NCBI RefSeq assembly: GCF_009914755.1
Contig: NC_060934.1
Origin: the human T2T-CHM13v2.0 reference genome, Homo sapiens
Direction: 5' to 3' (one strand)
Length of the DNA: 64,000 nt
Part shown: positions 41,430-54,790 of the stretch, piece by piece
How the letters are laid out: the number at the start of each line of letters is the position of its first letter
Position numbering within the stretch: position 1 is the first letter of the stretch
Notes under the pieces: generated by a model
Told to the model about the DNA's origin: nothing
The model's input: the letters and a program-made list of their open reading frames with translations, nothing else
Databases searched by the model: none
Position numbers and translations under genes: made by a program

Positions 41430-42330
41430 CTCTTCACTGGTTCTTCCTCCTCAGTCTACAAGCTTATCCAGGTCTTTCCTACCCAAGAAGGCCTTCCCTC
41501 CACTTAGCTGCCCGTTCCATCCTCCACCTTCCATACTTTCCTCTCCTTTCGTTTTCCAAAAACTTCTGAGGCAATAGTCTCCGTTTACTGCCCTGCCTCC
41601 TTTTCCTCCCTATGCATTCCCTAACCTTGTTCTGTCTGGCTCCTGCTCCAGTCGCTTTGCTGAGACTCCTCCTCAAGGTCACTAATGGCTACCAGAATCC
41701 CAAATCTGTGCTTCTTCTTGTTCCTAATTCCCTTCGGTCCCCATGTTGCTGTTGGCACTGCAGGTTGTGTTTTTCTTGAAACATTCTTCTCCACTGACTT
41801 AGGTGAAACTGACCTATCTTGGTTCTGCCATTTCCTCTGCAATTAATTCTCTGAATCCTTTGCAAGGTCAGTTTCTTTTCCCAGTCCCTGGAAATAAATG
41901 TCCTCCAGTATCCACTCCTTAGGCCTCTTGTCTTTTAAACACTCCTTTCCCCGGTCCCTGACAGTCTCCTAAATCCATACCTCTGTGTGCCTGCTGATGC
42001 AGGGGCATTGCCCCTGGACGCTCCTCTTTCACCTCAAATGCTGCACATCTAGGACCAACATCACCACTTCCCTCCAAGACCAGTCACCTCCCTATAGCCT
42101 TATTCCTGACCTGCTGATGTAAACTCCACCAAGCTTCCAGTTACACAAATCTGAGTTTGTAAAACCATGGTTGACTCCAGTTGGTTGCCAAACTCTGACC
42201 ATTCTGCCTTCCTCTTGTCTTGCAAATTCTTCCCTTTCTTTCCTGAGACCAGCTCCCTATCACCTCATGCCTCATGTATATGTATGTTGCTTTACTGGGA
42301 TCTGTTTGTAGAGATCCCCCCTAGTTTAGA
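41430..42330 (+). mobile_element. L2 LINE body fragment
   Basis: caaggtcactaatggctacc...tttcttgaaacattcttctcc...cacctcaaatg; C/T-rich sequence resembling L2 ORF2. Confidence 0.6.
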
Positions 42331-42452
42331 AATCACTCATGGCTTAAGGCCCTCTAAACCTGGTTCCTACATGTTGGGGGCAGGATGACAAAGTAACAAA
42401 AAGCATAGATTTTAGAGGCTGCATTCTGAGTCTTCCCTAATTGGTACTGTGA

Positions 42453-42753
<301 letters not shown>

Positions 42754-43061
42754 TTTTTTTTTTTTTTTTTTTTTTTTTTGAGATGGAGTCTCACTCTATT
42801 GCCCAGACTGGAGTACAGTGGCTTGATCTTGGCTCACTGCAACCTCCGCCTCCCGGGTTCAAGCAATTCTCCTGCCTCAGCTGCCTGAATAGCTAAGATT
42901 ACAGGTATCTGCCACCATGCCTGGCTAATTTTTGTACTTTTAGTAGAGTCGAGATTTCACCGTGTTGGCCAGGCTGGTCTCAAACTCCTGACCTCAGGTG
43001 GTCCACCCGCCTTGGCCTCCCAAAGTGCTGGGATTACAGGCGTGAGCCACTGCACCCAGCC
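42754..43061 (-). mobile_element. Alu (Sx-type)
   Basis: Full-length antisense Alu with cctcaggtg(g)tccacc. Confidence 0.92.
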
Positions 43062-43240
43062 AGTAGTGTGATCTTGAGTGAGCTACTTAAACTTGTCTCA
43101 GCTTTGGTTTTCAATTTGCAAAATGAGGATAATAGTCTCTACTTTGGAGGTGGTTGTGCGAATTAACAATAATATATATGTCATATAAATTGTGTATAAT
43201 ATTGGCACATAGTAGATGTTCAGTAAGTGGAAAATGGTGA
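43062..43240 (+). mobile_element. MIR interrupted by the Alu pair (5' part about 42395-42452)
   Basis: tgtgatcttgagtgagctacttaaac...gcaaaatgaggataatag...ggcacatagtagatgttcagtaa. Confidence 0.7.
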
Positions 43241-43439
43241 TGGTTCTCATCACATCCAAGTTTTCATTCTTGTTTCCTCTTAGTCCCTTGCCTGTCTCCA
43301 CTCATTCTGGCTGACCACTCTGGGCATTAACCCAGAAGGCAGCAGGCTCGCGTGGCTTCCGCTTCCACCAGCTTGTGATGCCCTCCCCTCTACTTCTTTG
43401 TTCATCTTAGGATCAAGTTATTTTTTACTGGGGAAAGAG

Positions 43440-43590
43440 ACAGTGGAGATCCTGTAGTCCAACCCCTTCATTTAAAGCTGAAGAAACTGAGGCCCAGAGA
43501 AGTTGAGAGGTGAGACCAAGGCTATGTGGCTTCTTAAATGCAAAATCAGAAGCAGGACTCAGGGCCCCTGCCATGCAGCCCAGTGTCCTT
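43440..43590 (-). mobile_element. MIR/MIR3
   Basis: ccccttcatttaaagctgaagaaactgaggcccagagaagtt. Confidence 0.65.
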
Positions 43591-44853
43591 TCCGCCATCC
43601 TCTGTGCCTCTGATTTCAGCCCTACTTGGCTTTGAAGATCTACATCAATTTCCCTCTGTTCAGCGACTTCTTCCGCAGTTCCCTCTCCTGCAAGGGGAAT
43701 GGTTCCTCTCCTCCAAGTTTCCAGCACTAACTACCTGATTCCCTCGGGTAACTGAGCTTTTTTGGGGATTAAGTCTCCCCTCCCCACCTTCATATCCAGC
43801 ACTGTGAGCTAGGGGCCTTATCCCAACTGCCTGCAAGTGTTCAGGAAAAGCTTTTAGAGCTGACTTGCTCATGGCTTGTGACTCACCTGGCTGGTTGAGG
43901 TGAGCTTGGCTCACATGCCTCTCTGTGGGGACAAGGAACGCTATCAGAAAAGTGGCTTCCAAAGGCCCCTCATTTGACCAGTGGGTAGGGGGAGCATTCC
44001 TCCGTCTTGGCCCTGGGACTGGTCTTTGGCATCATTGAGCCCTCGGTTTTTCAGATCCCTGAAAAGCAGGCTCCTGGAATGTTTGATTTGGCCCCTTCTC
44101 CCCAGGATGTACAGGGAGGGCACCAGACCTTTCAACCAGGCTGGCAAAGACGCTGCAATCCAAGTAAGAACCTCAGAAAAGGAGGCCAGCAAACCAGCCA
44201 GCCATATAGGAACAGGGCTCTGACTTGTTTGAGGGCAGTAAGTGGGCTCAAGAAGAGATTGTTCAGCCTGACATCTGGCAAAGGGACTGTGTGCTGTGTT
44301 GGAGTCCTGGGGACAAAAGAAAGGGTCACCTGTGACCCAGCCCCTCCCTGGCTACTTCTCATTCTTTCAGGATATGGGGAAATCTCATCCTCTCAACTCT
44401 GAAGGACTGTGACACAGTCCCAAGTAGGAAAGCCAGCTCCAAAATGATCTCAAAACCCAGGAGGTCCTGGTACCAGGAAGAGATGCGTGTGTGGTTGAGG
44501 AGAGAAAGGTGGACAACAAGCCACTAGGGCAGTCCTCACCCTGCAGAAAAAGAAAGGATGCTGTGCTCACTGGGTCTCTGCCCTGATCTTTGCTACCAAA
44601 AATCAAACAATAATTTGGGTGATGCACATAGCAGGACATAAGGCAGGCTGCATTCACCCAGAGCTGCATTACGTTGGATCTGCGGAGCCAACAGAAGGAA
44701 AACCCTGTGCCTTGCAGCAGTCAGTGAGGGCAGGGACACAGGGAGCAGATGGATGAGGAAATCGCTGAGGAACTTGGGAGAGAGCCCCTTTGCAGGGCTG
44801 GGCTGGAATTGGCCGGGATAGGAGTGGGCATTTGATGTGTGATGCTGTTGTGA

Positions 44854-45096
<243 letters not shown>

Positions 45097-45149
45097 TAGG
45101 GTCTTCCTGAGAGATACTGGTTCTCTAGGACTGTTCTCTGCCTCCCACT

Positions 45150-45600
45150 TGTGTCACCTCCCTCTGCCCTGCTTTAGTCAGTCCCTATCCTCTCCCCTCC
45201 TCTCCTCTCTCTTAAGTGTTTTTCTTCTAGCATTTCTTCTTCTTTTTCTTCTTCTCCTCCTCCTGCTTCCCTCTCCCTCGTTCTCCAACATCTTTTGTTT
45301 TTATCTGATTCTGTCTCCCTACCTGTGCCCTCTTTCTTTTATATCAACTTTCTTATTCCATCTTTGTTTAACATTCCATCTTGTTCTTAACATTGTCCTC
45401 TGTCTTCTCCCCTTGGCTCCTCTTCTTTTCTCCCTCTGCCCTTCCCTCTCTTCTCTCTTCTTCTTAGGTGTAGCTCTGGCTCTGTTCTGTCTTCCTCCTT
45501 CCTCATGGCCTCTTTCCTCTTGGCCTTTCTCTCTTGATTGCTCAGCCTCTGTCTCACCCACTCTGTATCTCTCATCCTTTCTCCATCCTCCTCATTCTTT
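45150..45600. repeat. CT-rich low-complexity tract in intron 4
   Basis: About 450 bp of almost exclusively pyrimidines on the + strand. Confidence 0.8.
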
Positions 45601-46571
45601 GAGCCATGCTTAGGGCCTCTCAAAGACGTGACCCAGGCCTACTAGAACACCTGCTAACACTCCTCCTCTGTCCCCAACGCACACAGACTAGCTTCCCTCT
45701 GGCCCAAGGAGAAACTTGGTGCTACTGTAGCCATAGATGAGGCCCGGGGTTTGAGGGGCTGGGATGTGGTTACATTTTTCCTGCTGCTCCTCTTGGCAGT
45801 TGTCTCCTTCTGTCTTGACCAGCAGGTAATAGAAATGACTAGTTCCAGCCCTCCAGGAGTTGGCAGGAGCTGTTGTTTACTAGGCCAGTGTTACAGTGTG
45901 TGCTGGGAGGGAGGGTTGGGCCAGGCTGTACCTGAGTTGATCACCATAGAGCGAATGGGTTCACTAATCTTGCCCTAAGGGGGAAATTAGGAGTTTCTCA
46001 AGTGATTTCAAGACCAAAAGCAGCTGAGAGAGAGAAATGCACACTCCTGGGGAACATCAGGACCAGTCTTGTGTCTCCTGGAGAATCAGAGACAGATCTT
46101 AGAAAGCCACAGACTCTAAATCAGGATTGGTAAAGACTCAGCCCAGGAGACTGAGAACAATGAGCTGGGGCTTCATTAGAAGGGTTTGCCCAGCCCCAGG
46201 GATTGGATGAGCTGTGCAAGGGGGTATCCAAGGAGCTGTGCTCTCTAGAGGACCATGGAGGTGCTGCCTAGAAGGAGACAGGTTTGCTGTTTCCTGGGCC
46301 TGTACTCCATCCGTCTTTAGGAGAGTGAGTTTGAGAACCCCAGTGAAATCCACAGGTCTGCAGAGAAGGCCTGGGGTTAACTGGGCACCACTTACCTCAG
46401 GGCTGGACAGAAGTGAATAATAGCCTGTATATGGCAATGCAGTCCCCTCTTAAATAGACCCCAGAGGAAGTAGAGGAATGAGAGGAACGTGGGCTCCTCA
46501 TCCCTCCTTATGTCCTCTGCTTCTCTCTGCCCCCCAGCCTTGGGGCTTTGGCCTACGATCACAACTGCTAA

Positions 46572-46826
<255 letters not shown>

Positions 46827-49800
46827 TGAGATCAATTTTAGTAGCAAAGCCCAGGTCCCCCCACTGCCCTGCTGGCTCCTGGAGAGAGGGAGGGTGGCTG
46901 CTAGTGGGGCCATCAGCTTCACCATCTGCTCAGCAGCCCCGGCTGCCTCACCTGCCACTAGGGCTCACCCTATCGATCCCTGTGGGATGTCAGGAGGAGA
47001 AGCAAGAACCGTTTACCTTGGGAAGGTTTTGGAGTTGGGGGAACAGCTGGTCTCTGACCTGAGGATGAAAGGCCAACCTACCTTGTCCTTACCTGATCCC
47101 AATCTGTCTGGAGGTGAGGGAGTGATGTCATGTGCAGCCTAGCCTGGTGTCCTTTCTCTTTAACACCTGCACACCGCCCCCAGTTCAAACCTCACAGGGA
47201 GCTGGACATGGGACCCCTCTCTCCTCTTCTTCTCCATGAGTAGAAATGCCACTCCAAATCCCCTGGCCCTCTCCCTCACCTCCCTGAGATGCCTCAAGGT
47301 GCAGCCAGGCTGTTAGGAAGGGTGTCAAAGGGAAGGGGGAAGGAAGAGGAGGAGGAGAGAAGAAAAGAAATAAGGGGGAGAGTGGTAGGGATGATCCTGG
47401 GACAAAGTGTTTTTCAAATGTCGTGACACTGGGGGTCCCTTGGTGACCATCTGGTTCTCTTCTGATGCGTGAAGCTGGGGCACAGGGCTGGCAGACCCTG
47501 AACAACAGAGACACCAGTGTCTCCGGCCTGCGTCCTGCCCCCATTTTCTCATGGTTCCCGCTGGAGAACTGGTAACCTCCTGGCCTTCAGAGGATTTTAA
47601 AGACATCTCCCAGGAAAGAGGCAGAATCCTCAAACAGTGAGCCTCAAAAGGGGTGACCATCTATCCCATTAGCCCAGAACAGTCCCAATTTATGCCTGTT
47701 GTCTCTGCATCTTGGCCAGTCAGCATCTCAGCATCTCCCTTTTCTCTCAAAAATGTCGTGTTTGGACAATAAATTATGTGGTCATTCCACACATAGACAA
47801 ACCCTCGGTAGGGGAAGCCTAATGGAGTGAGGAGCAGAGAAAAGGGACAACACTGAGCTTGCCTGGGCCCACAGTCCAAGATCCCCCAGCCTAGGCTGAG
47901 GGAAGAGAGTGGGAGAGGCCAGGCCCCCAGCGGAAGGGACAGCGTGGAGGGGAGGCCTAGGCCTGACAAGACAGTGATGACCTGGCGCTGGCCTCCTTCC
48001 AGAAGCCCTAATGGCCTCGTTTCACAGGGAAACAGCTTGTCTGGCTCTATTTCTCCTTCTTCCAAAATATCCAAACCGATTTGGCCGCCACGGCCTTTGC
48101 CATTCACTAAATTTCATTGTGGTTGTTTTGGCGGCAGCCCCTGATGGGCAGGGGGAGGTTGTGGGAAAGGCCCTAAGTCCCAGTTCTCCCTGAGGCTCCC
48201 TGTGCTCAGGCCTTGGCCAAGCTCCTTGGCACCCCAAGTGCTTTGGTAGAATCTGCCTCAAACCCTAAAGGTCTCTCCCTTAACCAGCAGCCCCTGTGTT
48301 TTTTAGGGGTGAGAGGCCCAGCAGCCCATGGGAGGCCACAGATACCCCTCTGTACTCTCCCTTTTCAGTCTGAGGCTGTGGCCAAGTATGCCAACCTCGT
48401 GGCCAAGTATGCCCTCTGCTGCATGGGCTCCTGTGGGGCAAGAAAGGCTGGGGGTAGGGAGGCACTGGCATGAGGTTGTGGTCACCCAGGGCTGTGCCTG
48501 GCTGGCCCAGAACAGGGCGCTCTCCTGAGTGGTTGATCGCCTTCATTGTTTCTAATCAATTCAGTTCAGTGAACCTTTCCTGGACATCAGTTTCAAGAAA
48601 GGCTTGGTACTATAGGATCCCAAAGCAGAACAAGATATGATTCTTGTCCTTAAGGAGCTTACATTCTAGTGGGGCATGTTAAACATGTGAGCTCAAAGAG
48701 CAGATAGGCCCATCAGATATCCTGTTGCGATGGAGGTCTGGTGGCGGGCCACAGGAACTGGGCTGGGGAGGGAGTACATGGCCAGGAAGGGCTGCTCTTT
48801 GAGGAGGGGCCTGAGGGATGAAGAGGAGAATGTTCAGAGACAATGGTAGCCTGAAATTCTATCTGATAGACTGAGCCTTGTGACCAGAAGGCCCTTTGGC
48901 CAGCCACTGCAGGGCAGCTTTAGCAGGGATAGAAGGCACAAAGAGATGTGGTGGACAGTAAGGCTGAGGAGACAGGTTAGGGCCACAGGATAGCAGGCCA
49001 GGTCTAGACCATAGAAGGAGTTTGGGCTTTTTTTTTTTTTTTTTTTTCTGAAAGCAGGAGTAGTCTGAGCAGGAAGGGACAGGAGCAGGGCTGGGTTTGG
49101 GAAGCTCATGCTCCAGCAGTGTGACAGTGATGCACCAGGGCCATGTTGCAGGAAGCAGTGAAAGCCTTCAAAGCAAGAGATTACGGTGCCCCCAAGTTTC
49201 CTCTGAAACATTTACCTGCTGGGCCTATCCGGGTGGCAAGACATATCAGAGGCCTCACTCTTTTTTGAGAGACGGTTCTCCTCCTCTTACCAACTCCTCT
49301 TGACCAACCCCAGGCCAAATGGAGATGTATTTTCCCTGGTGGAGGCCTGGCCTATGAGGGAGACCAGTTCTCCCTGACCTCCCCCTCCAATCCTGATCCA
49401 CCAGCCCCTGGTGGGAAGGGAGAGGAGAGAGCAAAGGTAGAGCTGTGGCAGCCCCTCCTCCCCTTTCCCCCACTCAGGATGCTTCTAAGGAGCCAGGCCC
49501 AGTTTGCATTAGGGAGCAGCTCAGATGATTAAGAATAAGGGAGATAATTATGTGTCAAGATGATGTAGCCCAACTCTGCAGTCAGGCCAAGGTAGCAAAG
49601 CAGCTGGCAGGCCAGTCACAGAAGGCAGCCTCGGGCATGGGCTGCAGACACCCAGGTGTGTCCTTCAGTGACTGGGCCGGGACTGCAGCAAAAGAGAATA
49701 CTGACCAGGGGACTAAGGGGTGTTGGGATGGGACTGAGCACGCACATTAAAGGGCTAGACCCTAGAGGGAATGGAGGGGCTCATCTCCCTCCAGGAGGAC

Positions 49801-51224
49801 CCTTAAAGACCCTGCCAGACTGGCCCTCCTTTGGCCCCAAGCACTGTGGCATCTTCCTAGGAGTGTCATACCCCAAGGGCAAGCTGTGAATCTCTTTGTC
49901 CTCCAGGAAGCTGCTCCTCTTTTGCTCTGGGTACAGTTCGGCCTATTCTTCAGCTCTAACAATGTCACGGTGATGGGCATTAGTGAGGACAATCACTGCA
50001 GTGAGTGCTGGCATTATTGGAGACAATCTCAGCAGTAGTTATTGGTGTTCACAGTGATAATGCCCAGAACATTATTGGCACTGGCACTCGGAATATGGAC
50101 AGTGTTATTAGTATCTGCAGCAATCATTTCCCTGGGGATATTAGGAAAGGACTGATCAGCTGTGACTCTGGGGAAAAACTGGCAGTGACTGTGAGCCTGT
50201 TTGAGACCCCTTCCCATGCCTTGGCCTTTGAGAGTATGGAAAACACCCCCTGACTTTCCCTTGAGAAATGTGCTGGTCAAGAGGCTTTGACCCTCATCCC
50301 AAGAGCCCAGGAGCTCCCAGAATGAGACAGGTAGACAGTCCAGATAGATGAGGAAGTTATGTTCTGAAGCACCCAGAAGACAGGCTGTCCATCAGTCCGA
50401 GAAGGTAGAATCCCCATTCATATCATTCAAAAATCCTCACTTCTTAGCTGTAATTATGGGTGGGCATGTTAGTGCTGGATTCCCTGGGCCCTTTGAAGGG
50501 ATGCCAATTCCCTGAACACTGTGTGAGCTGGTTTATGTGGCTGGAGGAGAGAGATTCTTGTATTTCCCTATCTACAATCAGGCTGAAAACTGGAAGTCCT
50601 TCGCCTTTACCCAGTTGCTTTCGGCTGGGGCCCAAAACATTGCTGTTCATCGGTGATGGTATTGAAGCGCAGGGCAGTTACACAACTTGTCCAAGAATCC
50701 AAATGAAGTCATATGGTGAGAATCTGCTGGTCTGTGTGAGGGAGGTGTGTTGGGATCATCCTTTGAGGTGTGAGATTGCAGGGGGCCATGATTTTGCATT
50801 CCATTCATTAGGTGTACAATGAATTGTGCCATTGAGTGGTGCCAAGCTGGTGCAGTTGTGCGTTTGCAGGCAGGGCAGGTTGCATGGCTGCAGATGGCCG
50901 AGTCCTGTCACTGCCTTTAATAGCTCCCTTCTGCTTTGGATGAAGCCATAAATGGAAGAAGCAGTTTATTTCCTTAGTTAGCTACCATCCTAGAGGTCCC
51001 CAAGAGTGTTGCTCAGGTTAGACTTGGAGCAAATGAGGGGATTAAGCCATGGAAATGAGAAGCACCTGCCCTTGTCTACGAGCCTGGCTTGAGGCAGCAG
51101 AAGGTTGCAAAGACTCCCACCAGGAAGGAAGGCACAGGGTAGGAGTGAGCATGCCATCCCTAGAGCAGGGCATGGATGGGCAGTGGGGCTCAGTGGGAAT
51201 GAATGTGGCCTCTGGAGTGAGCAC

Positions 51225-51370
51225 AGCAGGGTCTGAATCCTGGTGCCCCTCACTAGTTGGGCAAGTCACCTAACCTTCATCAGCTCAATCTTCTCCTCTG
51301 TAAAATGAAGATGGTAATGGCACTTCCTTCCTGGGGGCTGTGGAGAGGATTCCATGAGGTCGTGAATTTA
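51225..51370 (+). mobile_element. MIR
   Basis: gggtctgaatcctgg...ttgggcaagtcacctaacc...tctgtaaaatgaagatggtaat. Confidence 0.7.
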
Positions 51371-52311
51371 GTGTTGAGCTGACTTCATCTTGGAGACGCA
51401 TCCTTGTGTATCTGGGAAAGAAAGCCTAATTGGCAGGTTTATGTTTCATGAGGAAATGAAGTTGTGTTAGAAAGAAATTTATTTGGGCATAGGCGCCCTA
51501 ACCTTGGTGCAGCTCCTTGTAACTAGGGCAGCCTTTAGTGGATGCTGGGATTAGCTAACCCGGATGGGACCAGCGCAGTGGAGGAAAGCTGTCGTCCTCA
51601 CACCCGGGATTGGGAGAACGTTTGTCCATTTCTATCTGTTCATTTACTCTGTGGTTACCCACTTGGGCCACATGTCATCTTTCAGCCTCCACAGGCATTT
51701 TAGGTGTGTATAAATAAATAAACATAAGATCCTCTTCTTTTTCTAACATGTGGGCATCTCTCCCTCTATTCATCTGTGGACATTACTGCTCCCACATGCA
51801 AGTTTATTTCTTTACCTTGGAAAATGTATGTTTGTTTTATAAACCCAAATGTAATTTTTTACACAGTTTATGCAAGTGTGAGTATGCATGTGTTCTACCG
51901 CTCTGAGGTCTTTGGGTATAAGGGGATGGGAATGTCATGCACTGGGAAGGTGTGCAGTTACCTGGGTAGTGTGCGTGCTTGGAGAGAGTGCCGGGTGTGA
52001 CTGTGTGAGCGGGGAGAGCTCTAAGCCAGGCCTCAGTGTGTTGAGCGCCCATGGTCCTGGGCACAGGCATCACCCTACCTTCTGCTGATAAAGGGAGGGG
52101 CTGTCCTGAGCCTGCCTCCAGGGGTGGCCTAGGGCCCAAGACTAGGGAGACTAAGGCCCTTACAGCCAGGCTGTGAGGGAATTGCAGCTCAGAACCCTTG
52201 TAGCCCTTAGAAGGGGAGTCTGGTCTCCCGATCTTGGGATCCTGCCCCCAATCTTCTGCCTGCCTGTCTTTCGGGATCTCTCAGTGTTTGTCTGTCTCTT
52301 ATTTGCTCTAG

Positions 52312-52380
52312 TTGAGGTATACACTGATCCTGCCCACATTAGAGGAGGTGGAGGTTTGCATCTGGTCTGGACTTTAAGAG
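52312..52380 (+). CDS. PAX2: PAX2 exon 6, alternatively spliced 69-nt (23-aa) cassette
   Basis: Translates (V)EVYTDPAHIRGGGGLHLVWTLR, the insert of the long PAX2 isoform; acceptor ttgctctag|; donor GAG|GTATGA; symmetric phase 1. Confidence 0.92.
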
Positions 52381-54478
52381 GTATGAGGGCCAGAGGGAAC
52401 ATGGCGTGGGGGTCAAGGGAAATAGCTTGGGGGTGGCGGTTAGAGAACATTCAGAGAGTGGGTTCCTAAGGGCCAGAGCATGGAAAAGGAGGAGTTGGCT
52501 CAGGCTTCCACTGGGAGACCTGGAGGCTAACAGAGTCTCAGGGCCTGGATTACTTCCGCCATGGGCCACTGATGGGGTTTGGGAGCTGAGGCCCCGGTGG
52601 CCTGGAGGGTCAGGCACTCAGTGGATGGGGGGTCACTTTTTCTAGCCCTTGGAAAAACAAAGAGCAGATCGGGTAGTAAAACAAAAGCAAAGGAGACCTG
52701 GAAGCACCTGACAGCCCTAATTCATCACAGCCCAAGTTTTTTCCTGTGTTCCCATTATATTTGTTTGTAAAAGTGGAAATCAATTTTGAAGGTAATTTTC
52801 TGGAAAGAATGGAAGGGAGGTGGGAGGGCCGGATAAGGCAGAGATGGTAAAAGGAAAAATTTAGGCCAGGCACAGCCCAGGGGCAGCTCTTGGCAAGGTG
52901 AAAGAAAATTGCATATTCAATCTCCATCCATGAATCTCCCTCACTGCTGCCCGCCTCCTGCTTGAAAACAATGAAGGCTTTTTCCCAACGCTGGGCAGGG
53001 CCTCGGTATCAGCCTCACTTTAACTTCAGGGTCATTAATTCCCTGATTATTGAAGGAGAAGAGAGGGTTGCAGCATCGTCAATTCCAAAGACACCCCCTC
53101 ATGTGATCGGGCACTGGCTGGGGTTGGGTGGGGGGCACCCAGGGCAAAGTGAGGTGTTGTTTGAGAAAGGTGTGAGGAGCGAGGAAATGGGGGAGCCACT
53201 GGACTATGGGGGAAGGAAGCCAGGAGGGTGGAAGAAGGCAGTCATTACTGCATACCTCTGTTGTGTTGTTATTGCAAATTAAAAGTAGCATGTTCCACTC
53301 CACAGCTATCTTTGGGGAGGGAGGGGCACCGAGGGAGGTGGGGGATCTTATCATTGCTTCTTCAGCAGACCAGCCGTGGTGTCACCGTGTGAGGTGACAT
53401 TTGAATTTACAATTCCGCTGAGAAAAGCCATTAATTCACAAATTAACATTTCTCCCTCTCCCTCTCTCTTTAACACTCTCTCCCTCTCTCACATGGATGT
53501 GCAAGCAATTGAAAAGACAAAGGAAATAGCCTTAAGGAAGAGACTTTACTGCTAGTCTGTTCTGAGATTGCTCCCCCTGCTTCCAGATAGATAAACCAAT
53601 TACCTGAGCAGCTCTGCTCCTGGCCGCCCGCGATCGCCTCCTTTTGTAGGCTGCCTCCATGGCTGGATTACACTCGGTGTATCTCATTAATGTAAACCAG
53701 GCGTGCCCTGGTCACCAAGCTCTCTTCCCGGCTCTCCTTCTGGAGGGGCAGTGGGAGGAGGGCTGGGGTCAGTAAAGGCAGGCAAGGAGGACCCCGAGGA
53801 AGACCAGAGGCTGCCACTGCCTGGCTTCCCAGGCCCTGGGCACTCGGGTGCAGCCTGCCATGTTGGCTGAGGCTGATGGGGGAAGTCGGTGGGTGAGCGC
53901 TCCTTGGTGGGCTTGCTCTGAACTGAGTGAGGGCTGGGTATGGCTGGGGGCAGAGGAAGGAGACAGGGCCTGAGTCTCTCAGCGGCATTTTGGTCCAGAT
54001 GCAGGGGGCTGGCAGAACCAGAGAGGGATCTGAGTGCTCCCTGCTTGGGAAGAGCTTGGAGAAGTTTTGCTGAGTACACACTATTTTAGTGGGATGGGAT
54101 TCAGCCTGAAGGAGCTTGGAGAGAGGCTGAGGAGGGCCCAGGAGACTTGGCGAGGTTGCACCATATTGGGTAAACAAAAACCCAGCACTTGGATACAATT
54201 ATGTCTGTTTACCACCTAATTCTTGCATGCACACACACCCCCCCCGACACACATACATGCACACCGACACACACACATGCACACCCAGCCATCCGACTCT
54301 TTTGCTAGAGAAGACGGGGAGAAGGAGTGTGCTCCCAGGTTTCTAAAGTGAGCTTACATCGTGGGTAGGGAATTGCAGGGCCTCTCTCTGCTTTTGCTCT
54401 CCTCCCAGACCCTGGTTCAGCACTGTAAGAAGGCATTTATGTTGGTAGGGGGCAGCTGAGCAGAGTTTTTGCTTCTCT

Positions 54479-54790
<312 letters not shown>

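Noticed and set aside
44323-44338. GGGTCA-CCTG-TGACCC palindrome as an estrogen response element
   Set aside because: The spacer is 4 nt, whereas an ERE requires 3.
45149-45613. 154-aa Leu/Ser/Phe-rich ORF that looks multi-transmembrane
   Set aside because: Artefact of the CT-rich low-complexity tract.
48378-48413. 15-bp direct repeat GTGGCCAAGTATGCC x2
   Set aside because: Simple local tandem duplication with only two copies; not an array.
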